34,700 bases of DNA from a virus (IMGVR_UViG_3300022666_000343:1-34700), one strand, 5' to 3'. Shown: positions 7,684 through 17,048, counted from the first letter of the stretch. A program made the numbers and translations. The notes: generated by a model from the sequence alone, not told the origin.

Positions 7684-7711
7684 GGTTCCGATAATCAACA
7701 TTATCAGCGGC
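7684..7711. other. dif-like 11-6-11 site B
   Basis: GGTTCCGATAA-TCAACA-TTATCAGCGGC. First 13 nt are identical to site A, same orientation, intergenic. Confidence 0.6.
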
Positions 7712-7753
7712 CCGATCGGGGAACCGGCCGGGCCGCTGGAAAGGGGAAATACG

Positions 7754-7837
7754 GTGGGAAAGAATGTACCGGTTATCGTTGGAGCATTTTGGCTTTTGGT
7801 CGTAGTGGTAGCAATTTCAATCATCATCAGTCTGTAG
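7754..7837 (+). CDS. Tiny (27 aa) hydrophobic membrane peptide
   Basis: GTG start after AAAGGGG; (M)GKNVPVIVGAFWLLVVVVAISIIISL. Confidence 0.5.
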   Translation: MGKNVPVIVGAFWLLVVVVAISIIISL

Positions 7838-7851
7838 AAAGGAAAATCATC

Positions 7852-8070
7852 ATGGACCAACACGAAGCCCTTTACAAAAAGGCCATTGAGGCTATCTATG
7901 CAGTATTTGGAGACACTTCTGTTTCCAAAGAAAGAACCGAAGAATCCCTCAATGGGATGATCGAAGAGATTGAGGACTTGCGCTCTACCTTGAATCCTGG
8001 GAAAGGCTGGTTGCCGGACGATGGGGGGCCGGATGATCCGGATGAACAGCTTGATCTTGACGACGACTGA
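7852..8070 (+). CDS. Small acidic helical hypothetical protein
   Basis: Start MDQHEAL with RBS AAAGGA; very acidic C-terminus (DDPDEQLDLDDD). Confidence 0.65.
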   Translation: MDQHEALYKKAIEAIYAVFGDTSVSKERTEESLNGMIEEIEDLRSTLNPGKGWLPDDGGPDDPDEQLDLDDD

Positions 8071-8073
8071 ACC

Positions 8074-8106
8074 AAAGGGGGGCCACACCGGTGGCCCCCC
8101 TTTTTT
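8074..8106 (+). terminator. Intrinsic terminator ending the left-arm operon
   Basis: AAAGGGGGGCCAC-ACCG-GTGGCCCCCCTTT, running into T6. Confidence 0.85.
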
Positions 8107-8194
8107 GTTGCGTTTTAGGCGCAGGGTTTACGACCGGTGGACCCTGGTGCCGGCATGTTCTCAATGGCGAACATATCCCCAGTTTATCCCAACC

Positions 8195-8203
8195 TGTGGA
8201 TAA
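8195..8203 (-). promoter_or_regulatory. Consensus DnaA box
   Basis: TGTGGATAA = reverse complement of TTATCCACA. Two 2-mismatch boxes lie at 8173 and 8184. Confidence 0.45.
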
Positions 8204-8583
8204 CTATTGCAAAACAATAATCACCGGTGCTCTCGATCGTTCCAAATAAATTCCCCAGGTACACCGGGTACACCAGGTAGTAGATATTTACAACGCCGTG
8301 ACTACCCGGGTCCGTTCATCGGTTCATCGATGAATGAATCGAGGCAATGTCCACCGGTGGACGTGGATAGAGCGCAGCTGCGGCAGCAGATCCGGACCCG
8401 CTGGCCAGCAGCCCCATCACCGGCCCGGGCGCCGTGGCCACCGCCCGACGGCAGGACGCAATGCCGGCAGTGGGGGGAACAACGGGGTATGGAGGAATTC
8501 ACAACGGTCAGGGCGGAGGATCGGCAGTGGGACGGAATGCCGGATTGCCACGGGAGGTCGGAGCTGCGGGAGAGGGACAAGGC

Positions 8584-8616
8584 AAGCCGGCCCGGGTGGT
8601 GGACCTGGGCCGGCTT
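8584..8616. terminator. GC-rich hairpin just beyond the last late gene; possible late-operon terminator
   Basis: AAGCCGGCCC...GGGCCGGCTT. Only short T tracts on either side. Confidence 0.45.
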
Positions 8617-8634
8617 TGAATACGTGCGTAATCG

Positions 8635-8883
8635 CTATTCCGTCACGTCGGGAGGAGCGGCCGACGCCGGCTGCGGGTCGATGCGCACCAACGCCAGCTT
8701 TCCCCCCTCAACCTGCTGGAAATCCCACTGCCCATCCTGGCCGGCAGCGCCGGCGTAGGCAGTAGCCAGCGCCTGGAGGCTGTTTTCAACCAGGCCGACC
8801 TTTTGTAGCAACTGAGCCCGATCCTGGGCCAACATCATCACGGGTAAAGATTGGCCATCGGTCAAAATGATTTTGTTTTCCAT
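8635..8883 (-). CDS. Small protein after the tail fibre (possible fibre chaperone)
   Basis: MENKIILTDGQ...; alternative start at 8922. Product call is from position only. Confidence 0.6.
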   Translation of the reverse strand: MENKIILTDGQSLPVMMLAQDRAQLLQKVGLVENSLQALATAYAGAAGQDGQWDFQQVEGGKLALVRIDPQPASAAPPDVTE

Positions 8884-8914
8884 CGCTTTTTCTACCTTTC
8901 GAGTTCTGTTTTGT

Positions 8915-11443
8915 TTAGACATAGTATCCCCACAACTGCAAATAAACCCCGGTGGCATTGGCGCCACCGATTACAACCTCGAAATCCCCGTTGGAGTCCA
9001 CCGGTACAACCGCCGTCATTTCAACGTACCCGGAAAGATACGATTTTACAATGGCTGTGAACTCCGTCGCTCCATTTGGACGTAAACCGGCGTAATATCC
9101 GGTATTTGTTGCGCCCCAATTGGCCGCCAGCCGGATTAAAATTGCCTTGACCCCGACCGGAAGACTCCAGGGGCTGGCCGAAGTGTCAATGTCGTAGGTC
9201 CCGATATTTTTCGCGTCGCTATCCCAATCGGTAGACGTTTTTGGCGTGGTGAGCGGGACAAAGATATACCCTGTTCTCAATGCCCCATCCTGCATTTTCC
9301 TCAGGTCGCCCTCATATTCAACATTGTTGTCGCCGGGTATAGTTCCTGTTCCACCAACATACAAACCCCGTCCTACTCGTAGATCGTGCGACGTAGAAAC
9401 ATAGGTTGCCGCGTTCAATTCTATGGCTCGTTTAACTGAGGAACTGAGAATGTTAATGCGCGCCTCTACAGAATTTTCAACAGCGACCAGCTCGACTGTA
9501 CTGGCCCGCCCGGTATATCCAGTCGCGGTCATCGAGATCCGGGTGTCGTGCGCGTTCGCTGAGGCCGCCGTTGCGAACAGTCCATTCTCCGATGCCGTCA
9601 ACACGGAATAAAGCTGGCCGTAGGTGGTTCCACCGGTGGAGAATTTTAAAGCCCGAGAGGCTGCATACGTCGTACTGGGAACGATGGTGGCTCCATCGAC
9701 ATCTAAAATCACGACTCCAGCGCCGGCGTATAGTTTCCCGTCCGTCGCGTCTATTTTTACCTGATAGACGTTTGACAGTAGCGAGTAAAACCCGGTCCGG
9801 TCCATCCAGAAACCGGTGCCGGAGGCGCTCGCCGTCGGCGGAGTCGCGCCGATCGCCAGCGCGCTCCCAGTTCCGGGCAACCGCAATTTGCCGAGGATAT
9901 CGGCATTACCGGCCTGGTCCAATTGGATGACCGTGGTAGCCCCAGAAAGTAAGCGCAATCCGTTGGTCGGGTCCCAGGTCATCGACCCTTTTCCCGTCGC
10001 ATACTCTCCGAACGCGGCCCCATATGTAGGCGCGGCATATCCCCAGTTCCCGTTCAGATCCCCGAGTCTCATCAACTCGGTCTTTGTATTGTAAGTGGCC
10101 CCCTGGGTCCAAATGTTGATCCTGGGTGTATCGTAGGCGTTCGCCTCGATCCACCCGTCACCAGCCACACCGATCACCCAGAACGGCGCGCCGGCGGGCC
10201 AATCGTTGGCCCCCGACCCGTCGAGGTTCCTGGTCACGTTGTACGTGGTCCCACTGACCAGGCTAAGGACTTTTACATACTCGACCTGCCCCAACCCGCG
10301 AAAAACCACAAAGCTGTTCAACGCGACGGCCTTCCCGAAATTGATGGTGGTCGCAGCCGCAGCCAGCGCCGCCGGCAAAACGCCCTCATCTTTGCCCACG
10401 ATGAGCCACCCGCCCAGGAGCGTTACCGTATTAGCCGCGAACAAAACCGTGTCGAACTCCGAAGCGTAGACTTTTCTCCATAGTAAAGACGCGCTGCCCA
10501 GATCATAGGTATCCGTCGCCATCGGATAATGATGCCCCGTTTTTAGCAACCCGGCGTTGCTCATGCTGGCCAGTAGGCTGGCCCCGTTGTACCACTCAGT
10601 GATGGTGGCAGCCGTGCCGTTGATCTTGAGCGGGAGCACGTCGGGGTCAACTGACTCCAGGTGCAACAGGTCCGTTGCACCTGGGTTACCAGTGTGCTGG
10701 TGAATATGCACCAGGTCCCCCACGAATGCGCCGGTGGCTTCTATCTCAAAGGCTCCATCATACGTGGGGGCTCCACTGGGGTTTGTATAGCTGAAGGCCA
10801 GCGATTTATTCGCCATATTGAACGTTTTACTCGCCGCCGGCGCTGCTATCTCATCCAGCGAAATTCCAGTGATCGTTCCGTTGAACGTCACCGCACCGTT
10901 GAAAACATGGTCGCCTGACCATGTGGGGCTGATGCTCACATCCAGCGCGTGCCGATGATCCTCACGCGCCGATTTCGTGGCCACGCCGACGGCGGCCGCG
11001 GTCAGGCTCACCGACAACGGCGATGCAGCTGCAAAATCTACCGCCAGGGTCCGGTCGGCCGTGAGCAATCCGCCGCCGGTGAGGCCGGAGCCGGCCAGGA
11101 TCGACCGGTTGAGACGTTCCGCCATGTAGGCGCTGCGCGTTCCGGCGCCGTCGGCGCTGGCATAGATCGTATGCGAGTCGGCCAGCAGGTGGGCGTCATA
11201 GGTCGATTTAAACGCCGACACATCGACGCCATCGATCGTTACGCCATCCACTACCGTCAAATTTCCAGTCAGCGATCGAGACCCATCCCGCAGCAGGAAC
11301 TGCGGGGCCTGATCGTCGGCCAGCTGGCCTGTGTGCAATGGTCCATTTAGCGCGTGCGCCGCGTCGCTGGATTCCGTAATTGCCTGCCGCTGCCAGCCAA
11401 TCACATATGGCTTTATTGCCTGAAGAATTTCTTCAACTGTCAT
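8915..11443 (-). CDS. Tail fibre / receptor-binding minor tail protein
   Basis: 842 aa from MTVEEIL (ATGA overlap with the upstream gene). G/T/A/S-rich, fibre motifs (AGSGLTGGG, REDHRH, YDLGSASLLWRKVYA). Last large gene of the tail cluster. Confidence 0.75.
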   Translation of the reverse strand: MTVEEILQAIKPYVIGWQRQAITESSDAAHALNGPLHTGQLADDQAPQFLLRDGSRSLTGNLTVVDGVTIDGVDVSAFKSTYDAHLLADSHTIYASADGAGTRSAYMAERLNRSILAGSGLTGGGLLTADRTLAVDFAAASPLSVSLTAAAVGVATKSAREDHRHALDVSISPTWSGDHVFNGAVTFNGTITGISLDEIAAPAASKTFNMANKSLAFSYTNPSGAPTYDGAFEIEATGAFVGDLVHIHQHTGNPGATDLLHLESVDPDVLPLKINGTAATITEWYNGASLLASMSNAGLLKTGHHYPMATDTYDLGSASLLWRKVYASEFDTVLFAANTVTLLGGWLIVGKDEGVLPAALAAAATTINFGKAVALNSFVVFRGLGQVEYVKVLSLVSGTTYNVTRNLDGSGANDWPAGAPFWVIGVAGDGWIEANAYDTPRINIWTQGATYNTKTELMRLGDLNGNWGYAAPTYGAAFGEYATGKGSMTWDPTNGLRLLSGATTVIQLDQAGNADILGKLRLPGTGSALAIGATPPTASASGTGFWMDRTGFYSLLSNVYQVKIDATDGKLYAGAGVVILDVDGATIVPSTTYAASRALKFSTGGTTYGQLYSVLTASENGLFATAASANAHDTRISMTATGYTGRASTVELVAVENSVEARINILSSSVKRAIELNAATYVSTSHDLRVGRGLYVGGTGTIPGDNNVEYEGDLRKMQDGALRTGYIFVPLTTPKTSTDWDSDAKNIGTYDIDTSASPWSLPVGVKAILIRLAANWGATNTGYYAGLRPNGATEFTAIVKSYLSGYVEMTAVVPVDSNGDFEVVIGGANATGVYLQLWGYYV

Positions 11444-12969
11444 AGTTCGTTCCTGATCCTCTCTTCTTTGACGTGAATTCGCCCCGATCGGGCGTTGTAA
11501 ACCACGTCTTCGATGAAAAACACAGTAGGGTCGGCCTGCCCACCGACCCGCATTCCGGCCGGAAGCGCATCTTTCAGCCGCCCCCACACTCCGGCCGGCA
11601 CGATGGTCGGGAGTTCGTTGTCCATCAGATCAGTGAAGCTCCCGTCAGGTTTAATGAACACTCCGCTGGTCGCTGTTTTTTCCGGCTGGGCATAGATGCG
11701 CACTGCCCGGTCGCGGGTTACCGTGGCCAGTATCCGCGTGCCCGTCGATGTGCCAGCCCGGGCCAACTCTGAAACCACATCGAGGGCGCTGTAGTCGCCG
11801 TCCTGATACGGGCACGAGTAAACTCCTGATGCAACTTCGAGCGAAACGCTGGTCACAAACTGCCCGGCGGCAATAATTGTCTGCAACTGCGTAGTGGTTT
11901 CGACGACTCCCCCAACCACAAAACTCATATCGGCTGCCGGAGAACGCGCCCCCCAGGTGCTTCCGTTGTAAATAAGCAGGCTTCCGTCAGGATACGAAAG
12001 CGCCGTATCAACCGATAAAATTGCATAATTTGAGGCGTCGTAGCTTCCCGATCGCGCCACCACAAGCCAGTAAGTTACGCCTGGCGTGATAGCGACGCGG
12101 GAATTCAACGTCCCTTCGATCCATCCGGCCGTCGTCGCTATGCTGCTCATGGCGATCGTGGCAGAGGCCAGCAGCGTTCCCGGCTCACCAGCATTGTCGG
12201 AGTGAATGGCCAGCGTCAAATTGTCCGCCGGCGACCCGACCCGGCGCACCCGGACCTTCACCGTCTGCGCACTCCAGCCGGCACCGGAAATCGCAAACGA
12301 TTGCGCGGCGCGCTGGTTAGTTGACAAACTTCCAATGATCTGATCGGCATCCCCCGAAACCTCATTGGAAGCCCGGCCGGATGAATTTGCGTAGAATTTC
12401 CATCCCAGGGACGACCACCACCCCGATAATTCAATCTCTGCAGTCGGACGCGCTGCCGGATCTGCCTGAAGTTCGACGGTAGGCGCTGGATAGGCCCATT
12501 TTGCCAGCAGTGTCGCCACTGCCGCCAGGGCCTGGGACTCGGTGGCCTGTGATATTGATTTGCGTCCCTCTTTGGTCCCATAATCTGCCACGCTTAAATC
12601 ATCCTGGACCCAGGCAGTGCTGGCCCGGTCCCCAACCGTGCCGGCGGCCGTAACATTGGCATATGTCACCTGGATACGATTGGTCATACTGTCAATCGAG
12701 ACCCCGACTTTTGCCATTCCTGCGGCAACATTGGCCGCTGAGACGAATCCCCACCAGATCGGGTTGTAATCATCCCAGACTTCTACAGGGCACCGCAACA
12801 GATCAATGAGTGACCATATTTCAGCGGCATTGTCACTGGAGGCGCTGACCATTCCCAGTTTCGATCCTCCCATAGCCGACCAGCGCAATTCCTGAACTGT
12901 CAATTCGGCCAGCGGCTGCGAAACGCGAGTCGTAAAATTCCGATTGAAAAACATAACCCGCAGGCTCAT
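11440..12969 (-). CDS. Tail tip hub (Tal-like) protein with an inserted beta-sandwich domain
   Basis: 509 aa, second gene after the tape measure. Hub-like SVADYGTKE motif; internal AQSF...LAIHSDNAGEPGTLLA...YWLVV domain. Confidence 0.6.
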   Translation of the reverse strand: MSLRVMFFNRNFTTRVSQPLAELTVQELRWSAMGGSKLGMVSASSDNAAEIWSLIDLLRCPVEVWDDYNPIWWGFVSAANVAAGMAKVGVSIDSMTNRIQVTYANVTAAGTVGDRASTAWVQDDLSVADYGTKEGRKSISQATESQALAAVATLLAKWAYPAPTVELQADPAARPTAEIELSGWWSSLGWKFYANSSGRASNEVSGDADQIIGSLSTNQRAAQSFAISGAGWSAQTVKVRVRRVGSPADNLTLAIHSDNAGEPGTLLASATIAMSSIATTAGWIEGTLNSRVAITPGVTYWLVVARSGSYDASNYAILSVDTALSYPDGSLLIYNGSTWGARSPAADMSFVVGGVVETTTQLQTIIAAGQFVTSVSLEVASGVYSCPYQDGDYSALDVVSELARAGTSTGTRILATVTRDRAVRIYAQPEKTATSGVFIKPDGSFTDLMDNELPTIVPAGVWGRLKDALPAGMRVGGQADPTVFFIEDVVYNARSGRIHVKEERIRNEL

Positions 12970-14273
12970 AGCGATCTCCGGCGTGGCCTGTAGAATATTT
13001 GCACCGTTCCAGTTCGGGACGGATAGCTCGTTCCATCCGCGGTGATATAGAGCCGCTGATCTCTCCCTGGATGCAGCTCGATCTTCCCCCCATACGCCAC
13101 CGAATATCCACCCAGTTGAGTGTGAATTGTGTCCTCGATCTGATCGTCCTCCAGGGTGTCGTTGTACGGAATCCCATACCCGGCATGTACAATATTCCGC
13201 CAGGAGTCCAGCGGGCAGAGCTGGAGATAATCAATAGATACTGTTGCTGCGCCGGAGGGGCGCTTCGTCCATAGCTCGAGGTAGAGGTTTGCCGTCGGGC
13301 CGGTATCTGTGACCAAATACGGTGGCAAACGCAGGACCCCCAGCGACTCCAGGTTATTGTTTCCAGTGATCCAGACCCACGGGGTTTCTCCCACTATCGT
13401 AACCAGGCTGAATGACAACTTCAGCTTCGCCCACATTCCCCCGATAGAAAAACGCCCGGCAATCTGCATAATATTGCTGCCGATCAGTTCCAACGTTTCT
13501 CCTGTCAAAATCCAGGCCATTGCACGCGATTCAGTGACCGCGACGCTGCCCTGAATATATTGTCCGTTGCTGTAAGATCCATAACTCGGACTCACAGGTA
13601 GCACGCTGCCGCCCCCCACTGCCGCCTCACCCTCTAACATGCAATTCAGATCGCTGGGTGAGCTGTGCACATTGAGCATCAAAAAAATGTTCTGTGTCGT
13701 AAAGGTCACGTTGTTGTACGTATTTTTATAGAGGAACTTTATAGGAGCCGGAAGATCGCCCTCAATGCTGGCGCCGTCGATATCGACGAAGCCGTCACGT
13801 CCGGACTGCGAGTCCGTAATGAGATAAACCAACAGAGGGTCAGTCGTCGCCGTCCCGTTGCGATTACTCAGGGGAACGGCCGTCAACGGCCCTTCCCACC
13901 AGGGATCATGCTCAACGACGATTTTGACGCGGGCATTGTTGGATAGCCAGCGCCTGGTGGCCACCGGATCATGCAATACGGTCATCGTCCGGATCCGGGA
14001 CCGCCACGGTGTCGCAGAATCTGGGGAGAAATTCAGGTACGATTTTTTGTTGAGTGATTTACCGTACCTTGTAGCGTAGTCGGCCAGGCGTTGCAGCGCC
14101 GCGAGTTTTGCGCGGAGATCGCTGGCCGACGTGCCCGCGATAAAAATAGAAATTGCTTCCGTAATGTACTTTGCACCATCCGCGGGAGTTTCCGGGGTGA
14201 AACCATCAGCGACCCGGTATCCGCTAGTCTGTAAGTCGAGCGTTGTATCACCCTGAATTGTAAGTTGCATCAT
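12966..14273 (-). CDS. Distal tail (Dit-like) protein, extended form
   Basis: 435 aa, directly after the tape measure. DPWWEG motif and a C-terminal L.PG.Q.L...YRPR pattern. Confidence 0.65.
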   Translation of the reverse strand: MMQLTIQGDTTLDLQTSGYRVADGFTPETPADGAKYITEAISIFIAGTSASDLRAKLAALQRLADYATRYGKSLNKKSYLNFSPDSATPWRSRIRTMTVLHDPVATRRWLSNNARVKIVVEHDPWWEGPLTAVPLSNRNGTATTDPLLVYLITDSQSGRDGFVDIDGASIEGDLPAPIKFLYKNTYNNVTFTTQNIFLMLNVHSSPSDLNCMLEGEAAVGGGSVLPVSPSYGSYSNGQYIQGSVAVTESRAMAWILTGETLELIGSNIMQIAGRFSIGGMWAKLKLSFSLVTIVGETPWVWITGNNNLESLGVLRLPPYLVTDTGPTANLYLELWTKRPSGAATVSIDYLQLCPLDSWRNIVHAGYGIPYNDTLEDDQIEDTIHTQLGGYSVAYGGKIELHPGRDQRLYITADGTSYPSRTGTVQIFYRPRRRSL

Positions 14274-17041
14274 CGGGCTTTCCTCATTTCGTCGGCCACT
14301 CGATTGGCCAGCGTGTACATGTCCACATCGTTGGCGACGGTGGCATTGACGATTACAGTCGGTGATGACTGCCCTTGTGGTGGCAATGCCCCAAATGACG
14401 TTCCAGGTGTCGGCGATCGCGCACCGGCCGCTGCCGCAGCGGCTCTAATTCCAGCAGTGTCCACTGCCCCGCCAACCCGCTCAACCGTTGGAACTCCGCC
14501 CACATCCTGCCCATTAAATCCAGCCACGGCGCTATCAATAATCCCCTGAACAAAACCTGATAGATTTTCGAGCAGCCATGATCCGCTTCCGGAAATTCCA
14601 TCCCAAATTTTCGAGACGATATCTCTTCCTGCTTGGCTAAATCCCGGTCCACCATCAACACATGCATCGATAATTTGTCTCACGATGTCAATGGCGGCTT
14701 CTCCCACGGAGGGAAGGGCCTCAATAATTCCAGTTATCAGTACTCCCACAATATCTACAGCTGCATCTAATAGCATTGGATATAGTTCGATAAATGCATC
14801 CAGGAATGCCCTGACAATTTCCGGAACATATTCGATCAGCATCGGCAATGCCTCAGCCAGGCCCTGGATTAGAGCAATGATGATCTGAAGGGCTGCATCG
14901 ATTAGCTGCGGAAGATTTTCCAACAAGATCAAAACAATCTGCGGGATAATCGTCAGAATGGTGGGGATCAATTCCGGCAATGCCTCCGCCAGCCCAGTGG
15001 CCAGCGTGATGATCATTTTCAGCGCGGTTTCAATCAACATCGGCAGCTGCGGCACAATCCCGTTTACTAGCGTCAAGATAACCTGGATTGCGGCGTCGGC
15101 GATCAGGGGGAAATTATCCCCCAGGAATTTCACCAGCATCGTAATGATATCAACCGCAGCCCGGGCCAGCTGCGGCAGGGCCTGAGTGATAAATTGGACC
15201 AACGACGTGAGGATCTGGGTGGCTACTGGTAGCAATTCCGGGATTGCTGCGACCAGTGCCGTTGTAATTCCCGTTAAAACATCCAACGCCAGGGCGATAA
15301 TTTGCCCCCGCCCAGAGATCATATTTTTCAGGATATTGGACACCAGAGCGCCGAGCCCCTGCCCCAATTTCGACATATCACCGTCAGCCGTGGTAATAAC
15401 CCTGATAAATTCCTGCACATAGCCTACCACGGTGGATATAATCCCGGCCAGGGGCTCAAGAACGGGACTCAGCTCACCGACCCGGGCGAGGAATGTCTGA
15501 ACGTTGCCCAGTAGCCCGGCTTTCGGATCAAACCCCTCTTTCAGCGCCGCAACGACTCCCATGGCGGCCTGTCCAGCCTCGCCGCCAAACGCTGACGCCT
15601 GGTCGCTGGTCAATCCAAATAATTTTCCCAATGACGAGACGGCGGCCGCCACACCCTGATATGCCCCTGCGGTATCCTCAGATACGATTGATGTGAACGC
15701 CTGAGCCAGGCCAGCCAGGCCGGCCGACAGGGTAGTAATGCCGTCCCGCACTTCGGCGCTGCCCAGGAATCCAGTGAGCGATTGGAATACGAGCTGCACT
15801 GCCGGCAGTAGACCAGTCCCGAGCTCTGCCTTCAAGTTTGCCCACTGGGCTGCCAGGATGCGCTGCTGGTTGGCCAGGCCGTCGCTGGTACGGCTGAAAT
15901 CCCCCAACGCAGCCCCGCCCTGCTCCAGGATCAAATTGTACGCGGCCAGGGTTTTCTGTTGCGGCGTAAGCGCTTCTGTTGTGCTGCTGGTTATCCCCAG
16001 TTGGAACGCCTTCTGCCTCAAGGTAGCGTCGTCCAACATGATGCCGTACTTGCGCACCCCCTCAGTTTCCCCCCGCAGAGCGGCAGTAATGGCCTCAATA
16101 GCGCCCTTGGGAGTGTCATTGAAAAACGACGCAAAATCAGACGCCACGCTCACCAAGTCTGTGCTGAAATCAACCAGGGCCCCACCGGTGAGGCCCGCGG
16201 CTTTCCCGAAGGTTGCAAAGGTCGCAGCGGCGTCCAGCGCCTGCTGCTTTGATTGTCCCAACGAAAACGCCGCGTCAGCCGCGAACTCATTTATCGTGAC
16301 GGCGCTTTCCCCGAACAACGTATTGATTTTGTTGGCTGTTTCGGCCAAGTCGCTGGCCGGGCCGATGGTAGTGCCGAAAAATCCGACCAGGGCCACAGTC
16401 CCAGCCAGGGCAACCGTCGTCAGTGTAGTAGCCACTCCCACGCCGATCGCCGCCACATCTTCCAGAACGCCGCCCACCGCAGATTTTACGGATTGAGCGG
16501 CGCCGGCGGCTGCGCTGCCAAGCCCTTTCAATCCAGAAATCCCAGAGACCGCCGCCCGGGCCAGCCCTGAAAGCGCGCTTCCCAGTCCTTTTGTCGCCTG
16601 AGTGGCGTCAGTTTCTGCATTCTCCAAATTCTGGACGCTGTTTTCGGCGTCGTCGGCGGCGCTGGCCATCTCGCCCAGGGCGTCGTTCGTTTTTGATAGC
16701 TCACGCTGCATTTTATTCAGCGTTTCTGTTTCTCGATTGAGCTTGATCTGCAGCTCCTGGGCGGCTCGACTATTCGCTCCCTGCTCCGCCGCCACCCGCT
16801 CATATTCCAGGCGCAGGGCACCTGCTTTTACCTGTTGCACCTCGATTTGCCGAGTCAGGGACTGGGCACGCAGCGTCAATCCATCGGCGCTCTTAGCCCA
16901 ATCCCCCATCGTGGCCGAAGCGGCACGAAATCCCGACTCCAATACCCGAAGTTCCCGGTTTGCTGCCGTGAGTCCGGTTTTGAGGTCTGTCGTGTCTAGT
17001 CCCAACTTACCGAATAAATCTCGTACCGCTTCGTCGCCCAT
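14270..17041 (-). CDS. Tape measure protein
   Basis: 923 aa from MGDEAV (RBS AGGAGG). Ala/Leu-rich helical protein with an N-terminal coiled coil and periodic ..LP.L.. repeats. Follows the tail chaperones. Confidence 0.92.
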   Translation of the reverse strand: MGDEAVRDLFGKLGLDTTDLKTGLTAANRELRVLESGFRAASATMGDWAKSADGLTLRAQSLTRQIEVQQVKAGALRLEYERVAAEQGANSRAAQELQIKLNRETETLNKMQRELSKTNDALGEMASAADDAENSVQNLENAETDATQATKGLGSALSGLARAAVSGISGLKGLGSAAAGAAQSVKSAVGGVLEDVAAIGVGVATTLTTVALAGTVALVGFFGTTIGPASDLAETANKINTLFGESAVTINEFAADAAFSLGQSKQQALDAAATFATFGKAAGLTGGALVDFSTDLVSVASDFASFFNDTPKGAIEAITAALRGETEGVRKYGIMLDDATLRQKAFQLGITSSTTEALTPQQKTLAAYNLILEQGGAALGDFSRTSDGLANQQRILAAQWANLKAELGTGLLPAVQLVFQSLTGFLGSAEVRDGITTLSAGLAGLAQAFTSIVSEDTAGAYQGVAAAVSSLGKLFGLTSDQASAFGGEAGQAAMGVVAALKEGFDPKAGLLGNVQTFLARVGELSPVLEPLAGIISTVVGYVQEFIRVITTADGDMSKLGQGLGALVSNILKNMISGRGQIIALALDVLTGITTALVAAIPELLPVATQILTSLVQFITQALPQLARAAVDIITMLVKFLGDNFPLIADAAIQVILTLVNGIVPQLPMLIETALKMIITLATGLAEALPELIPTILTIIPQIVLILLENLPQLIDAALQIIIALIQGLAEALPMLIEYVPEIVRAFLDAFIELYPMLLDAAVDIVGVLITGIIEALPSVGEAAIDIVRQIIDACVDGGPGFSQAGRDIVSKIWDGISGSGSWLLENLSGFVQGIIDSAVAGFNGQDVGGVPTVERVGGAVDTAGIRAAAAAAGARSPTPGTSFGALPPQGQSSPTVIVNATVANDVDMYTLANRVADEMRKAR

Positions 17042-17048
17042 GTTCCTC

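Noticed and set aside
6691-7711. Integron attC cassettes
   Set aside because: The sites are 28-bp 11-6-11 units without the RYYYAAC...GTTRRRY ends or long attC stems, and the recombinase shows no obvious IntI-specific insertion.
8207-8765. ORFs 8207-8758 and 8334-8765 (+) as real genes
   Set aside because: They lie after a strong terminator, have no convincing RBS, show low-complexity R/G/P-rich translations and overlap a better minus-strand gene. Not fully excluded.
8915-11443. Diversity-generating retroelement targeting the tail fibre
   Set aside because: No reverse transcriptase ORF, and no second copy of the fibre 3' end (TR/VR pair) seen in the window.
11444-11587. Longer N-termini given in the ORF track for the fibre, tape measure, portal, terS, holin-like and recombinase genes
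   Set aside because: Downstream ATGs have better RBSs or stop-start overlaps, and most of the extensions overlap upstream genes or terminators.
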